This document shows, one piece after another, positions 1 to 8,621 of a DNA stretch of 64,000 nucleotides. The stretch is from IMG/VR virus record IMGVR_UViG_3300032249_000480, positions 32,001-96,000 of that record. One strand, 5' to 3'. A program made the translations under genes and the position numbers. Under the pieces are notes generated by a model, which had not been told where the DNA came from, ran no database searches, and saw only the letters and a program-made list of their open reading frames with translations. Every line of letters starts with the position of its first letter. Positions within the stretch are counted from its first letter, which is position 1. Origin of the DNA: a virus.

Positions 1-51
1 CATATTACAGCACATTACAAAAAAACTACTTGGCAAAGGAAAAGATACTAA
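1..51 (+). CDS. 3' end of a CDS truncated by the window start
   Basis: Frame 1 reads HITAHYKKTTWQRKRY then TAA at 49-51, just before the ATG at 54. Confidence 0.55.
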   Translation, partial: HITAHYKKTTWQRKRY

Positions 52-53
52 AA

Positions 54-713
54 ATGAATAATGTTATAGATAATAATAAAATAGTTTATGATAAATCACA
101 TAAATTTTTTGAAAGAATTTTAGATATAGACACAAATAACTTAGCGTCTTATTTAATTGCACAATATGAAAGCATTAAAAATTTAACATTACCAGGAATT
201 ACTCAAATCAATAGACAAGATGTTTGGCAAGAGTCTGGAAGTCTATCTACAATAAAATGGAGAGAGTATAATGTATTTCAATTTTTAAATTCAGATATGT
301 ATAAATTGTATAAGACAATTTCAGAAGTTACAAAAGAAGCCTGTGAATATTATGGTGTTGATTTTGAAAAACAAGAATATGTAATGCAAGGCTGGTTTAA
401 TATTAATTATACAAAGTCTGGAAAGTTAGACTGGCATGATCATGGTATTCCTTATGCTCCAAATTTTCACGGGTATTATTGTGTAAAAGCAGAACCATCA
501 ACTACACATTATAGATTATTTAATGATATAAACCAAGAAATTGAAAATAAAAATATTGATAATAGAATGATCCTTTCTGAAATGGGGCATCCGCATGCTC
601 AGGCAGATTGGGACTGGGAAGGCCCAAGAATTACAATTGCTTATGATGTTGTTCCTTTAAAATACTTAATGGGCACAAAGACATCTGAGCAGCATTGGAT
701 TCCACTTATATGA
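54..713 (+). CDS. Putative 2OG-Fe(II) oxygenase (TIGR02466-like)
   Basis: WFNINY..GKLDWHDH, FHGYYCV, distal H (HPH) and RITIAYD match the HxD/H...H...R layout; ATG 54 preferred over TTG 30. Confidence 0.7.
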   Translation: MNNVIDNNKIVYDKSHKFFERILDIDTNNLASYLIAQYESIKNLTLPGITQINRQDVWQESGSLSTIKWREYNVFQFLNSDMYKLYKTISEVTKEACEYYGVDFEKQEYVMQGWFNINYTKSGKLDWHDHGIPYAPNFHGYYCVKAEPSTTHYRLFNDINQEIENKNIDNRMILSEMGHPHAQADWDWEGPRITIAYDVVPLKYLMGTKTSEQHWIPLI

Positions 714-1525
714 TAAAGATTAAAGTTTTTATACATTCTTATAAAAATAAAAATTTATTAGATTTTTGTGAAAACTTACAAAAAAATGCTTTTCATGAAG
801 TTGCAATTGATGTTTATGATCAAAACACTATTGATAGGTCAGAAGCGTTTTACAATAAAAAAAATATAAACTATAAACACATATTATGGGATGATAGAAA
901 AGGAATTTCATACTATAGAATGTTGAGTTTGCATGGAAGGTTTGACTATTTTTTATCAATATCTGATTTAACAATTTTTAAATCTGGGTGGGACTTAGAG
1001 TTAATAAAAGAATGTACAGATATGAATATAGTATCTGGCAAGAACTTGATATCTTTAAAGATAGATAATTTTTTTATTTTACAAGAAAGCGAAATATCTG
1101 AAAAAGTTTCTGAATCTCAATGGATAAATAAAGATTTTATATTTTTAAAAATGTCAAATGCTGTTTTGTTGTCTAAGTCTAAATTTTTAAAAAAATATGG
1201 TGAAAGTTTGTTTTTTTCAATATTGTTTTCAGAACTTAATTTTAAAATAAAAAGCATGTACAATTCCTTCTATGATAAAGAAATTGAAGAAGAAAAATAT
1301 TTGCCATATTCAAAATATCACGGATATAATAAGTTAATATCAATGATAAAAAATAAAGAAATTAAATATAAAAAGTTTGAAGAATATCATAAACTTGATT
1401 TATTAAAGTTAAATCTTTTGCCATTTGAAACTGATGATGTTTCATATTACAAGCCAATTTTTAATATAGACTTTGAAGAAGAAACTAGATTTCATCGCAA
1501 TATAAAAAAAATAGAGATTGTGTAG
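710..1525 (+). CDS. Degenerate GT60/GlcNAc-transferase-like protein
   Basis: Aligns by eye with the ORF at 63198 (VFIHSYKN / KGISYYR / DYFLSISDLTIFKSGWDL / GESLFFS) but lacks the DSH motif; ATGA overlap at 710-713. Confidence 0.6.
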   Translation: MIKIKVFIHSYKNKNLLDFCENLQKNAFHEVAIDVYDQNTIDRSEAFYNKKNINYKHILWDDRKGISYYRMLSLHGRFDYFLSISDLTIFKSGWDLELIKECTDMNIVSGKNLISLKIDNFFILQESEISEKVSESQWINKDFIFLKMSNAVLLSKSKFLKKYGESLFFSILFSELNFKIKSMYNSFYDKEIEEEKYLPYSKYHGYNKLISMIKNKEIKYKKFEEYHKLDLLKLNLLPFETDDVSYYKPIFNIDFEEETRFHRNIKKIEIV

Positions 1526-1528
1526 GAT

Positions 1529-2128
1529 GTGATGATGCATAGAATTACTATAGTAGATAATTTTATAGAAAAAGAAGATGCAGAAATATTAATTAGTGAA
1601 CAAAAAAATCCATCTGATATAAATCCATATCCAGAATATTATAAGAAAAGATATGGAGGAACTGCTTTCCCATATAACAATACTGTTATGAATATATTAA
1701 AAAAATATTCTATTAGTGCAAATCAAAAACATAAAGAGTTGAATGGTTTTATTAATCCAATATATACTTTTAAGGCTTTTGGATCTCACTGGCAAGCAGG
1801 AACAAAGGGAGATTTGCATTTAGATGCACAGGGACCAGAACCTTGGATTGAGTTTAGTACTATAATCTATTTGAATGATTCATCAGAATACAGTGGTGGT
1901 AAAATATATTTTCCAAATCAAAACTTTATGTATCAACCAAAAGCATATTCAGCAGTATTTTTTCCAAGTGCTGGATCAGAATATATTCACGGTATAACTG
2001 AAGTTACAAGTGGACACAGACACACTGCTTTATATATGCATACGAGTATTCCAGATAATGCAGATCCAGACTTTCTTGAAGAAAATACAATGCTAAGATG
2101 GGAAGCACAATATCATGGATTTAAATGA
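1529..2128 (+). CDS. Prolyl-4-hydroxylase-like 2OG-Fe(II) oxygenase
   Basis: HLD, IIYLND..YSGGKIYF, FFPS, HGITEVTSGHR. Confidence 0.85.
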   Translation: MMMHRITIVDNFIEKEDAEILISEQKNPSDINPYPEYYKKRYGGTAFPYNNTVMNILKKYSISANQKHKELNGFINPIYTFKAFGSHWQAGTKGDLHLDAQGPEPWIEFSTIIYLNDSSEYSGGKIYFPNQNFMYQPKAYSAVFFPSAGSEYIHGITEVTSGHRHTALYMHTSIPDNADPDFLEENTMLRWEAQYHGFK

Positions 2129-2789
2129 AATTGATTTTGAAATTTTAGATTTAGGACTTGTTTATTATAAAAATATAATAAAAAACCCACAACAATTAAT
2201 ACTAGATATTGAGTCATTAGATAAAAGTTTCAATGAGTCAAAAATTTCTTTCTCTGAAACTTCTGTAAGGCCATGGACTCCTTGGAAAAATGAAAGTGGA
2301 AATAAAGAAACATTTTGTTTACAAAAACTTATACCACAAGTAAAAGATATACAAGAAAGCGATATTTATAAAAATGAACAAATAAATATCTCTTCTCAAC
2401 TATTTGGCGCATTAGAAAATACTTTAAAACATTACTCAACAAAAATATATCCCTGGGCAGAAAAAAATATTAAATCAAGAGAGCAAAATATGCATTTATT
2501 AAGATATGATTATTCTGGATATTTACCAGCACATCAAGATCAAGGTATTAGTACTAGAGTTTTGTCTGTTTTACTTTATTTGAACGATGATTATGAAGGT
2601 GGAGAGATAGAGTTTAGGCACTCAGAAGTTAAGATTAAGCCAGAACCAGGAAGTGTATTATTTTTTCCATCCAATTTTTTATATATTCATGAAGTTCATC
2701 CAGTAACAAAAGGCCCTAGGTATGCTTTGCCAAATTGGTATCATAATGTACAATTAGATTTTCTGAAGCGGTCAACTGGGCAAGAATAG
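2115..2789 (+). CDS. Prolyl-4-hydroxylase-like 2OG-Fe(II) oxygenase
   Basis: LLRY, HQD, LLYLNDDYEGGEIEF, FFPSNFLYIHEVHPVTKGPRY. Confidence 0.9.
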   Translation: MDLNEIDFEILDLGLVYYKNIIKNPQQLILDIESLDKSFNESKISFSETSVRPWTPWKNESGNKETFCLQKLIPQVKDIQESDIYKNEQINISSQLFGALENTLKHYSTKIYPWAEKNIKSREQNMHLLRYDYSGYLPAHQDQGISTRVLSVLLYLNDDYEGGEIEFRHSEVKIKPEPGSVLFFPSNFLYIHEVHPVTKGPRYALPNWYHNVQLDFLKRSTGQE

Positions 2790-2812
2790 AATATAAATAA
2801 GAAAGGGAAAAC

Positions 2813-3439
2813 GTGAGCAATTTAAATAAAAGAGAAGACTATATTATAGAAGATGATAATTTTTTAACTTTGCAAGATCAACAAAATTTTGTTAATAAAA
2901 TTTTTATGAATAATGGACATAATGAAAATCCAGTAGCCAAATGGAGAGTTACAAACGGAACAGAAATTATTAAAAATTTAGAAGAAGGAACTTTTCCATA
3001 CAGAGACACTCCTTTAGCCTTTAATAATGAAAAATCAAAACCATTTTTTATGGTTTTAGGTGATTTAGAATTAGAAGACTTTAAAGATATTTTTGATAAA
3101 TTTTGTAATAAACATAATATAAAATATGACAAAATTTTAAGATCAAGAATTGCAATTACTGGAATGAACAACGATGATTATATGCATTATGCACATGTAG
3201 ATACCATAATTAAACATGATGTGTTTTTATATTATCTACATGATGTAGACGGAGATACAGTGTTTTATGATAAGTGGCTTGGGGATTCAATGGAAGATCC
3301 TAAGATTATAAAAAGAGTGTCTCCCAAAGGTGGAAAGGCTATAAGGTTTGACGGACACCAGTTTCACTCAAACTATACAACTAATCTAAAACAATTTCGT
3401 TGTGTTTTGAATGTATGTTACACCTTAAAAAAAGATTAA
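2813..3439 (+). CDS. Putative 2OG-Fe(II) oxygenase
   Basis: HVD, FLYYLHDVDGDTVFY, PKGGKAIRFDGHQFHS, RCVLN. Confidence 0.7.
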   Translation: MSNLNKREDYIIEDDNFLTLQDQQNFVNKIFMNNGHNENPVAKWRVTNGTEIIKNLEEGTFPYRDTPLAFNNEKSKPFFMVLGDLELEDFKDIFDKFCNKHNIKYDKILRSRIAITGMNNDDYMHYAHVDTIIKHDVFLYYLHDVDGDTVFYDKWLGDSMEDPKIIKRVSPKGGKAIRFDGHQFHSNYTTNLKQFRCVLNVCYTLKKD

Positions 3440-3440
3440 A

Positions 3441-4160
3441 ATGACATATCCAAAATATAATGATTTAATAGAAACAATTAGTCACTTACCATATAAAACT
3501 ATTTTGGTAGATGGGCCTAGAAGGTGTGCAACTAATTATACTAGAGCAAGCATAACATCTATGGTAAAAAATAATATAGTTTTTAGTCATTCAGACGCAT
3601 CTCATGATCCAAAAATATTTATTAAAAATAATAATTATTTGCATAGTGAAAATGTCTTACACATAATTCCAATTCGTAATCCAAAACAAGTTTTTATTTC
3701 TGCATTTATTATGTATGGTTACAATGATACAGAATATATCTTACAAATTTATAAAGGATTGTTAAACCAAGAAATTTTAAATTTTAAGAATTATCTTAAT
3801 TTAGAAAAAAAATATAAAAATACAGTTTTGTGTCCCATAGAACTTTTTAATAATAATGAAAATACAATATTAAACATTATTAATAAACAATATGATTTAA
3901 AATTAACAATAAGTGATTTTAATAAAGAAAAAGTTTTAGAAAGTCTTTCTTTATTTGAAGAAAAAGAATATGGTAAGAATGGTTTAATAAAATTTCACTC
4001 TTACCCAATCAAAGAACAAAAAACTGAAGAGTATAAAAATCAAATAAATTTTATGTCAAATCTAATTAATGAAGATAAAAAATCATTAAAAAAAATAGAA
4101 TTTCTTTCTTATGAATATGATTTATTTTTTGCTAATCAAAAAAAAGAGTGGGGCTTGTAA
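3441..4160 (+). CDS. Sulfotransferase-like P-loop protein
   Basis: GPRRCATNY resembles the 5'-PSB loop (PRSGT) and IRNPKQVFIS resembles the 3'-PB motif (RNPxDxxxS). Confidence 0.5.
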   Translation: MTYPKYNDLIETISHLPYKTILVDGPRRCATNYTRASITSMVKNNIVFSHSDASHDPKIFIKNNNYLHSENVLHIIPIRNPKQVFISAFIMYGYNDTEYILQIYKGLLNQEILNFKNYLNLEKKYKNTVLCPIELFNNNENTILNIINKQYDLKLTISDFNKEKVLESLSLFEEKEYGKNGLIKFHSYPIKEQKTEEYKNQINFMSNLINEDKKSLKKIEFLSYEYDLFFANQKKEWGL

Positions 4161-4201
4161 AATTGAATTGAAAAACTTATAACTAGATACTTTAAGAAAA
4201 T

Positions 4202-4236
4202 AAAAAAGAACCCCTCCTAAGAGGGGTCCTAATTTT
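4202..4236. terminator. Probable bidirectional intrinsic terminator between convergent genes
   Basis: ACCCCTC-ctaa-GAGGGGT stem (4210-4227), A-run on the left and T-rich on the right. Confidence 0.75.
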
Positions 4237-4241
4237 ATATA

Positions 4242-4790
4242 TTACTTAGGAAATTTAGACATCCACATTCTGGTCTTTGGGGTAATGCCCTTCCAAGAAG
4301 ACCAATCATCTCCACCCTTTGTCATGTAGTATGCAATCTCTGCATTCTTAACGGGATTGAATAGTTCAGCGTTAGACTCAAGATCAAACTTAGTTCTACG
4401 ATCAGGACCAAGGTTATCAATCATATTAATTTGAAACATGCCATAAGAAGAGTCCCCAGTCTTATGGTTTCCGTTGAAAGCCAATGGTCTACCATTAGAT
4501 TCTTTTTTTGCTACAGCCCAAGCCACTACAAGGTCATTACCCTTAAAGCCAACAAGAGACAGCAACTGTTTTAGTTCTAAATCAGTAAGATGAGTTTTAT
4601 TTTCAAAACTACTTAACATTTTTTCCTTAGAAACCAAAAAAACCGCCTCAGCGGTTGTTGAAACAGCATTCGTTTTAATACTTAGATTATTTTTAGTAGA
4701 CAAAGCGTTAGCATTGGCTGCTCCTACAACTGCAGTAAAACCAAGCACGGATGCGAGTACCCCTATTAGAAATTTTTGATCATTTTTCAT
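4242..4790 (-). CDS. Secreted lytic transglycosylase / lysozyme-like protein
   Basis: Signal peptide; catalytic ES (KKESNG), SYGMFQIN, LFNPVKNAEIA, WSSW; AGGAGG before ATG 4790. Confidence 0.8.
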   Translation of the reverse strand: MKNDQKFLIGVLASVLGFTAVVGAANANALSTKNNLSIKTNAVSTTAEAVFLVSKEKMLSSFENKTHLTDLELKQLLSLVGFKGNDLVVAWAVAKKESNGRPLAFNGNHKTGDSSYGMFQINMIDNLGPDRRTKFDLESNAELFNPVKNAEIAYYMTKGGDDWSSWKGITPKTRMWMSKFPK

Positions 4791-4836
4791 AGTTTCCTCC
4801 TTAGAAAACAATAACACCTGTTTGGTGTCATACTCT

Positions 4837-4865
4837 AGTATAACATCTCAAAAATGTTATGTCAA
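4837..4865 (-). promoter_or_regulatory. SigmaA-type promoter of the transglycosylase gene
   Basis: Minus strand TTGACA (4865-4860), 17 nt, TATACT (4842-4837) with TG extension. Confidence 0.8.
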
Positions 4866-4910
4866 ATGACTTTACGCATAAGTAGAAAACTTTTTTAATT
4901 AATTTGAGCG

Positions 4911-4919
4911 TGGTATAAT
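4911..4919 (+). promoter_or_regulatory. Extended -10 promoter
   Basis: TGGTATAAT 9 nt before ATG 4929; no -35 consensus. Confidence 0.65.
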
Positions 4920-4928
4920 AGAAATACT

Positions 4929-6125
4929 ATGGCTACTGGCTCTACTTCAATATATAACATACCGTATCCTTTGTCAACTGACCCTGTAAATGTTCATTCA
5001 GATATGCAGCAAATGGCTACAACTCTTGAAACTATTTTTGGTGTTTTTAATGTTTCTCTTTCTTTTCCAAATACATGGACAAACTGGAATGTGTTTGAAA
5101 CAGTTTCTACACAACCTACAGTTACTATTACTCAGGCTGGAACTGGACATGCCTTATTAGTTCAAGATGGACCATCTGATACTACGCCTTTTATTATTGA
5201 TAGTTCTGGCAATCTTGTTATTGGAAAAACTACAGCAGCAGGAGCAAAATTAGATGTTGTTGGAAATTCAATTTTTACTGGATCAGTTACTGCAGGTTCT
5301 TTTATAGGTACAACATATTTGGGAACCACCGAATTATCTTTAAGCAGATCTTCAGCAAATCAAGGACTTACTGGAATATCTAGCATTCAGTTTCCAGGAT
5401 CAACTTCTGGAACAATAACACTGTCTTCCTCAGCAATTGCTGGAACAACGGCCATAACGCTTCCAGCAACATCTGGAACACTTCTTATAAATCCTATGAC
5501 AACCGCTGGAGATATTATTTATGGCGGAGCATCTGGTGTACCAACAAGACTCCCTGCTGGCTCTAATTCACATGTTTTAACATATGATAGTGCAACAAAT
5601 GCTCCTAAATGGTCAGCAGTTGCAGCAGGATACTCTGCACCAACTATAGGTTCAACATCTATCGGTTCTGGAGCAACAGTTACAACAATTGCTGGACTAA
5701 CTTTAACAACACCAGTTATAACTTTAAACACAACATCTAATAATGCAACTGGAACAATATCATGGGATTCAACAAACAGACTAATTCAAGTTGGAGATGG
5801 ATCTGGTGTTACAAATATTGCACCATTTATAGTTAATCAAGTTGCTAAAACAGGAAACTACACATTAATTCTTTCTGATGCAAATACATTAATTCAAATG
5901 AATGGTGCTTTTACATTTACTGTTCCTCTTAATGCCACAGTGGCATATCCAATAGGAACAACAATCAGCCTTATAGCACTTACAACTGGTGTTCAGGTAG
6001 CCTTTACTGCAGGAATTACATCTTATGCTACGCCAGGACTAAAACTTAGGGCTGCAGGTTCTATGGCAACATTAATTAAGTTAGGTACAAATACTTGGGC
6101 ATTAACTGGAGATTTAATAGCATAG
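4929..6125 (+). CDS. Tail fibre / minor virion protein
   Basis: Gly/Thr/Ser-rich beta repeats, IPYPLSTDPVNVHSD-type N terminus, MTTAGDIIYG motif, C-terminal WALTGDL. Confidence 0.7.
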   Translation: MATGSTSIYNIPYPLSTDPVNVHSDMQQMATTLETIFGVFNVSLSFPNTWTNWNVFETVSTQPTVTITQAGTGHALLVQDGPSDTTPFIIDSSGNLVIGKTTAAGAKLDVVGNSIFTGSVTAGSFIGTTYLGTTELSLSRSSANQGLTGISSIQFPGSTSGTITLSSSAIAGTTAITLPATSGTLLINPMTTAGDIIYGGASGVPTRLPAGSNSHVLTYDSATNAPKWSAVAAGYSAPTIGSTSIGSGATVTTIAGLTLTTPVITLNTTSNNATGTISWDSTNRLIQVGDGSGVTNIAPFIVNQVAKTGNYTLILSDANTLIQMNGAFTFTVPLNATVAYPIGTTISLIALTTGVQVAFTAGITSYATPGLKLRAAGSMATLIKLGTNTWALTGDLIA

Positions 6126-6167
6126 TTTTTATGCTATACTTTAATAATAAAGAAAAGGGGTAATAAG

Positions 6168-6392
6168 ATGGCAATTGATTTTGGATCACTGCTTACTACT
6201 GAACAAAAAATTGATATCATTCAACAAAGAATTAATCAATTTGCTTCTGAGGCGTATCAACTAACTTTAAACAAAAAGTCAGCAGAAATCATTGGAAGAG
6301 AAGATCAAATTGAAGTAATTGAAAATAATCTTCTTTTACTTGAATCAGCAATATCTGTTCATCAAAAAGAAATAGAAGAACTTTCAAAATAG
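6168..6392 (+). CDS. Small helical protein, possibly tail-fibre associated
   Basis: ORF with RBS and upstream TGCTATACT (6132), directly after the fibre gene. Confidence 0.55.
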   Translation: MAIDFGSLLTTEQKIDIIQQRINQFASEAYQLTLNKKSAEIIGREDQIEVIENNLLLLESAISVHQKEIEELSK

Positions 6393-6429
6393 TTCTTAAA
6401 TATTGAGACAACTTTAACTAACTTAAAGT

Positions 6430-6460
6430 CCTATACCTAAATAAAAGGTATAGGCTTTTT
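6430..6460 (+). terminator. Intrinsic terminator
   Basis: CCTATACCT-aaataaa-AGGTATAGG followed by CTTTTT. Confidence 0.8.
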
Positions 6461-6489
6461 GTTTTACGTTTGTTATTGATTTAAATTGG

Positions 6490-6498
6490 TGGTATAAT
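6490..6498 (+). promoter_or_regulatory. Extended -10 promoter of nrdJ
   Basis: TGGTATAAT. Confidence 0.6.
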
Positions 6499-6558
6499 TA
6501 GCAAGTACTTTACAAAACTAAAAGTACCTAATCTAATTTACTTGAAAGGTAACAACAA

Positions 6559-8589
6559 ATGTCAGATTTCTTTTCTTTTCGTCTTGTAGACGACTTTATT
6601 AATAAATATTCAGAGGTTCCAGCACCTTTTGGATTTACAGATGCAGGAGGAAACTCATTAGGAGAGATAACATTTATTCGTACGTATTCAAGAGTAAAAG
6701 ATGATGGTACAAAAGAAAAATGGTATGAGGTTTGTAAGCGTGTAATTGAAGGTATGTACTCAGTTCAAAAGAATCATGCAAAAGAAAACCGTCTTCCATG
6801 GAATGACAATAAAGCACAGAAGTCTGCACAAGAAGCCTTTCAAAGAATGTTTGAACTAAAGTGGACTCCACCAGGTCGTGGTCTTTGGGCATTTGGAACA
6901 CCAATGGTTATGGAAAAGCGCAACTCTGCATCACTTCAAAATTGTGCAATGGTTTCTACTCGTGACATTGATAGAAATGATCCAGGAGCATTGTTTGCTT
7001 GGACAATGGATGCTCTTATGCTTGGTATTGGTGTAGGGTTTGATACTGTTGGACAAGAAAAACAAATGTCAATTTATGCACCAACAGAACCAGTAAATAC
7101 CTATCAAATTCCTGATACTCGTGAGGGATGGGTAGAGTCTGTTCGTTTGTTAATTAACTCATTCCTTCGTCAAAATCAATCTATTCAAGACTTTGATTAC
7201 AGTTTGATTCGTCCACTAGGAGCGCCCATTAAAGGTTTTGGCGGGGTAGCCAGTGGACCACAACCATTGATTGACCTACATATAAGAATTAGGAAAGTTA
7301 TAGGGTCTAGAGCGGGAGAGATTCTTGATGCTCGTGCAATTGTTGATATTGTTAACCTTATTGGAACATGTGTTGTTTCTGGAAATGTTCGTCGTTCTGC
7401 AACACTTGCATTAGGTGCTGCTGGTGATGAAGAGTTTATGAATCTTAAAAATGGAGAAGTATTTCCAGAAAGAAACTCGTTTGATCCAAAAAATCCAGGC
7501 TGGGCATGGATGTCTAACAATTCTATTTCAGCATCAATTGGAACAAGATATGAAGATTATGTTGATGTAATCTCTGATAATGGAGAGCCAGGGTTTATTT
7601 GGCTTGATGTTGCTAGAAACTATGGTCGCCTTGCAGATTCTGCAGATGGCAAGGACTATCGTGTTATGGGTTTTAATCCTTGTGCAGAGCAGCCATTAGA
7701 ATCATATGAACTATGCACACTTGTAGAAGTTCATTTAAATCGTCATGAGTCTAAAGAAGATTTTCTTAAGACATTGAAATTTGCTTATCTTTATGGAAAA
7801 ACCGTTACTTTAATGCCAACTCATTGGCAAGTTACAAATGGAATTATGCAAAGAAATCGCCGTATTGGAACATCTCTTACTGGTATTGCATCGTTTGCAG
7901 ATACTCATGGATTGCCAACAACCCGCGAGTGGATGGATGAGGGATATCAAAAGATACGTGCCTATGATCACAGTTATTCAGAATGGCTATGTGTTCGTGA
8001 ATCAATTCGTGTAACAACTGTTAAGCCTTCAGGATCTGTATCACTATTGTCTGGTGCAACTCCAGGAGTTCACTGGGGTCCAGGAGGAGAATTCTTTTTA
8101 CGTGCTATCCGTTTTGGAGAGCAAGATCCAATGCTTCATTTATTTAGAGCAGCAGGATATAAAATTGAAAAAGACGTTGTATCAGCAAATACACAAGTAG
8201 TATATTTCCCAGTTCACTCAGGACACCCTAGATCTGAAAAAGATGTAAGCATGTTTGAAAAAATTGGATTGGCAGCAACTGCTCAAAAATATTGGTCTGA
8301 TAATGGTGTTTCAGTTACATTATCTTTTGATAAAGAAACGGAAACTAAATTTATTGCTCCAGCACTACACATGTATGAGGGACAATTGAAGGCAGTATCT
8401 TTTCTTCCAATGGGTAATAAAACATATCCACAACAACCATACACTCAAATAACCAAAGATGAATATAATGACTATGTTGGAACTATTGCCAAGATTGACT
8501 GGAATGCTATTTATAATGGTGTAGAAAATCTTGAAGCAGAAGGAGAAATGTACTGCACCACAGATGTTTGTGAGATTAAAATAAAATAA
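6559..8589 (+). CDS. nrdJ: Class II (adenosylcobalamin-dependent) ribonucleotide reductase, monomeric RTPR type
   Basis: RTYSR, PPGRGLW, LQNC, GNVRRSA, NPCAEQ..ELC, TTVKPSG, C-terminal CTTDVC. Confidence 0.93.
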   Translation: MSDFFSFRLVDDFINKYSEVPAPFGFTDAGGNSLGEITFIRTYSRVKDDGTKEKWYEVCKRVIEGMYSVQKNHAKENRLPWNDNKAQKSAQEAFQRMFELKWTPPGRGLWAFGTPMVMEKRNSASLQNCAMVSTRDIDRNDPGALFAWTMDALMLGIGVGFDTVGQEKQMSIYAPTEPVNTYQIPDTREGWVESVRLLINSFLRQNQSIQDFDYSLIRPLGAPIKGFGGVASGPQPLIDLHIRIRKVIGSRAGEILDARAIVDIVNLIGTCVVSGNVRRSATLALGAAGDEEFMNLKNGEVFPERNSFDPKNPGWAWMSNNSISASIGTRYEDYVDVISDNGEPGFIWLDVARNYGRLADSADGKDYRVMGFNPCAEQPLESYELCTLVEVHLNRHESKEDFLKTLKFAYLYGKTVTLMPTHWQVTNGIMQRNRRIGTSLTGIASFADTHGLPTTREWMDEGYQKIRAYDHSYSEWLCVRESIRVTTVKPSGSVSLLSGATPGVHWGPGGEFFLRAIRFGEQDPMLHLFRAAGYKIEKDVVSANTQVVYFPVHSGHPRSEKDVSMFEKIGLAATAQKYWSDNGVSVTLSFDKETETKFIAPALHMYEGQLKAVSFLPMGNKTYPQQPYTQITKDEYNDYVGTIAKIDWNAIYNGVENLEAEGEMYCTTDVCEIKIK

Positions 8590-8621
8590 TCTTACTATGG
8601 TAAAATAGGGATAGGAGATAA

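Noticed and set aside
4791-4910. Riboswitch (for example c-di-AMP) ahead of the wall hydrolase
   Set aside because: The promoter leaves only about 40 nt of leader with one small hairpin
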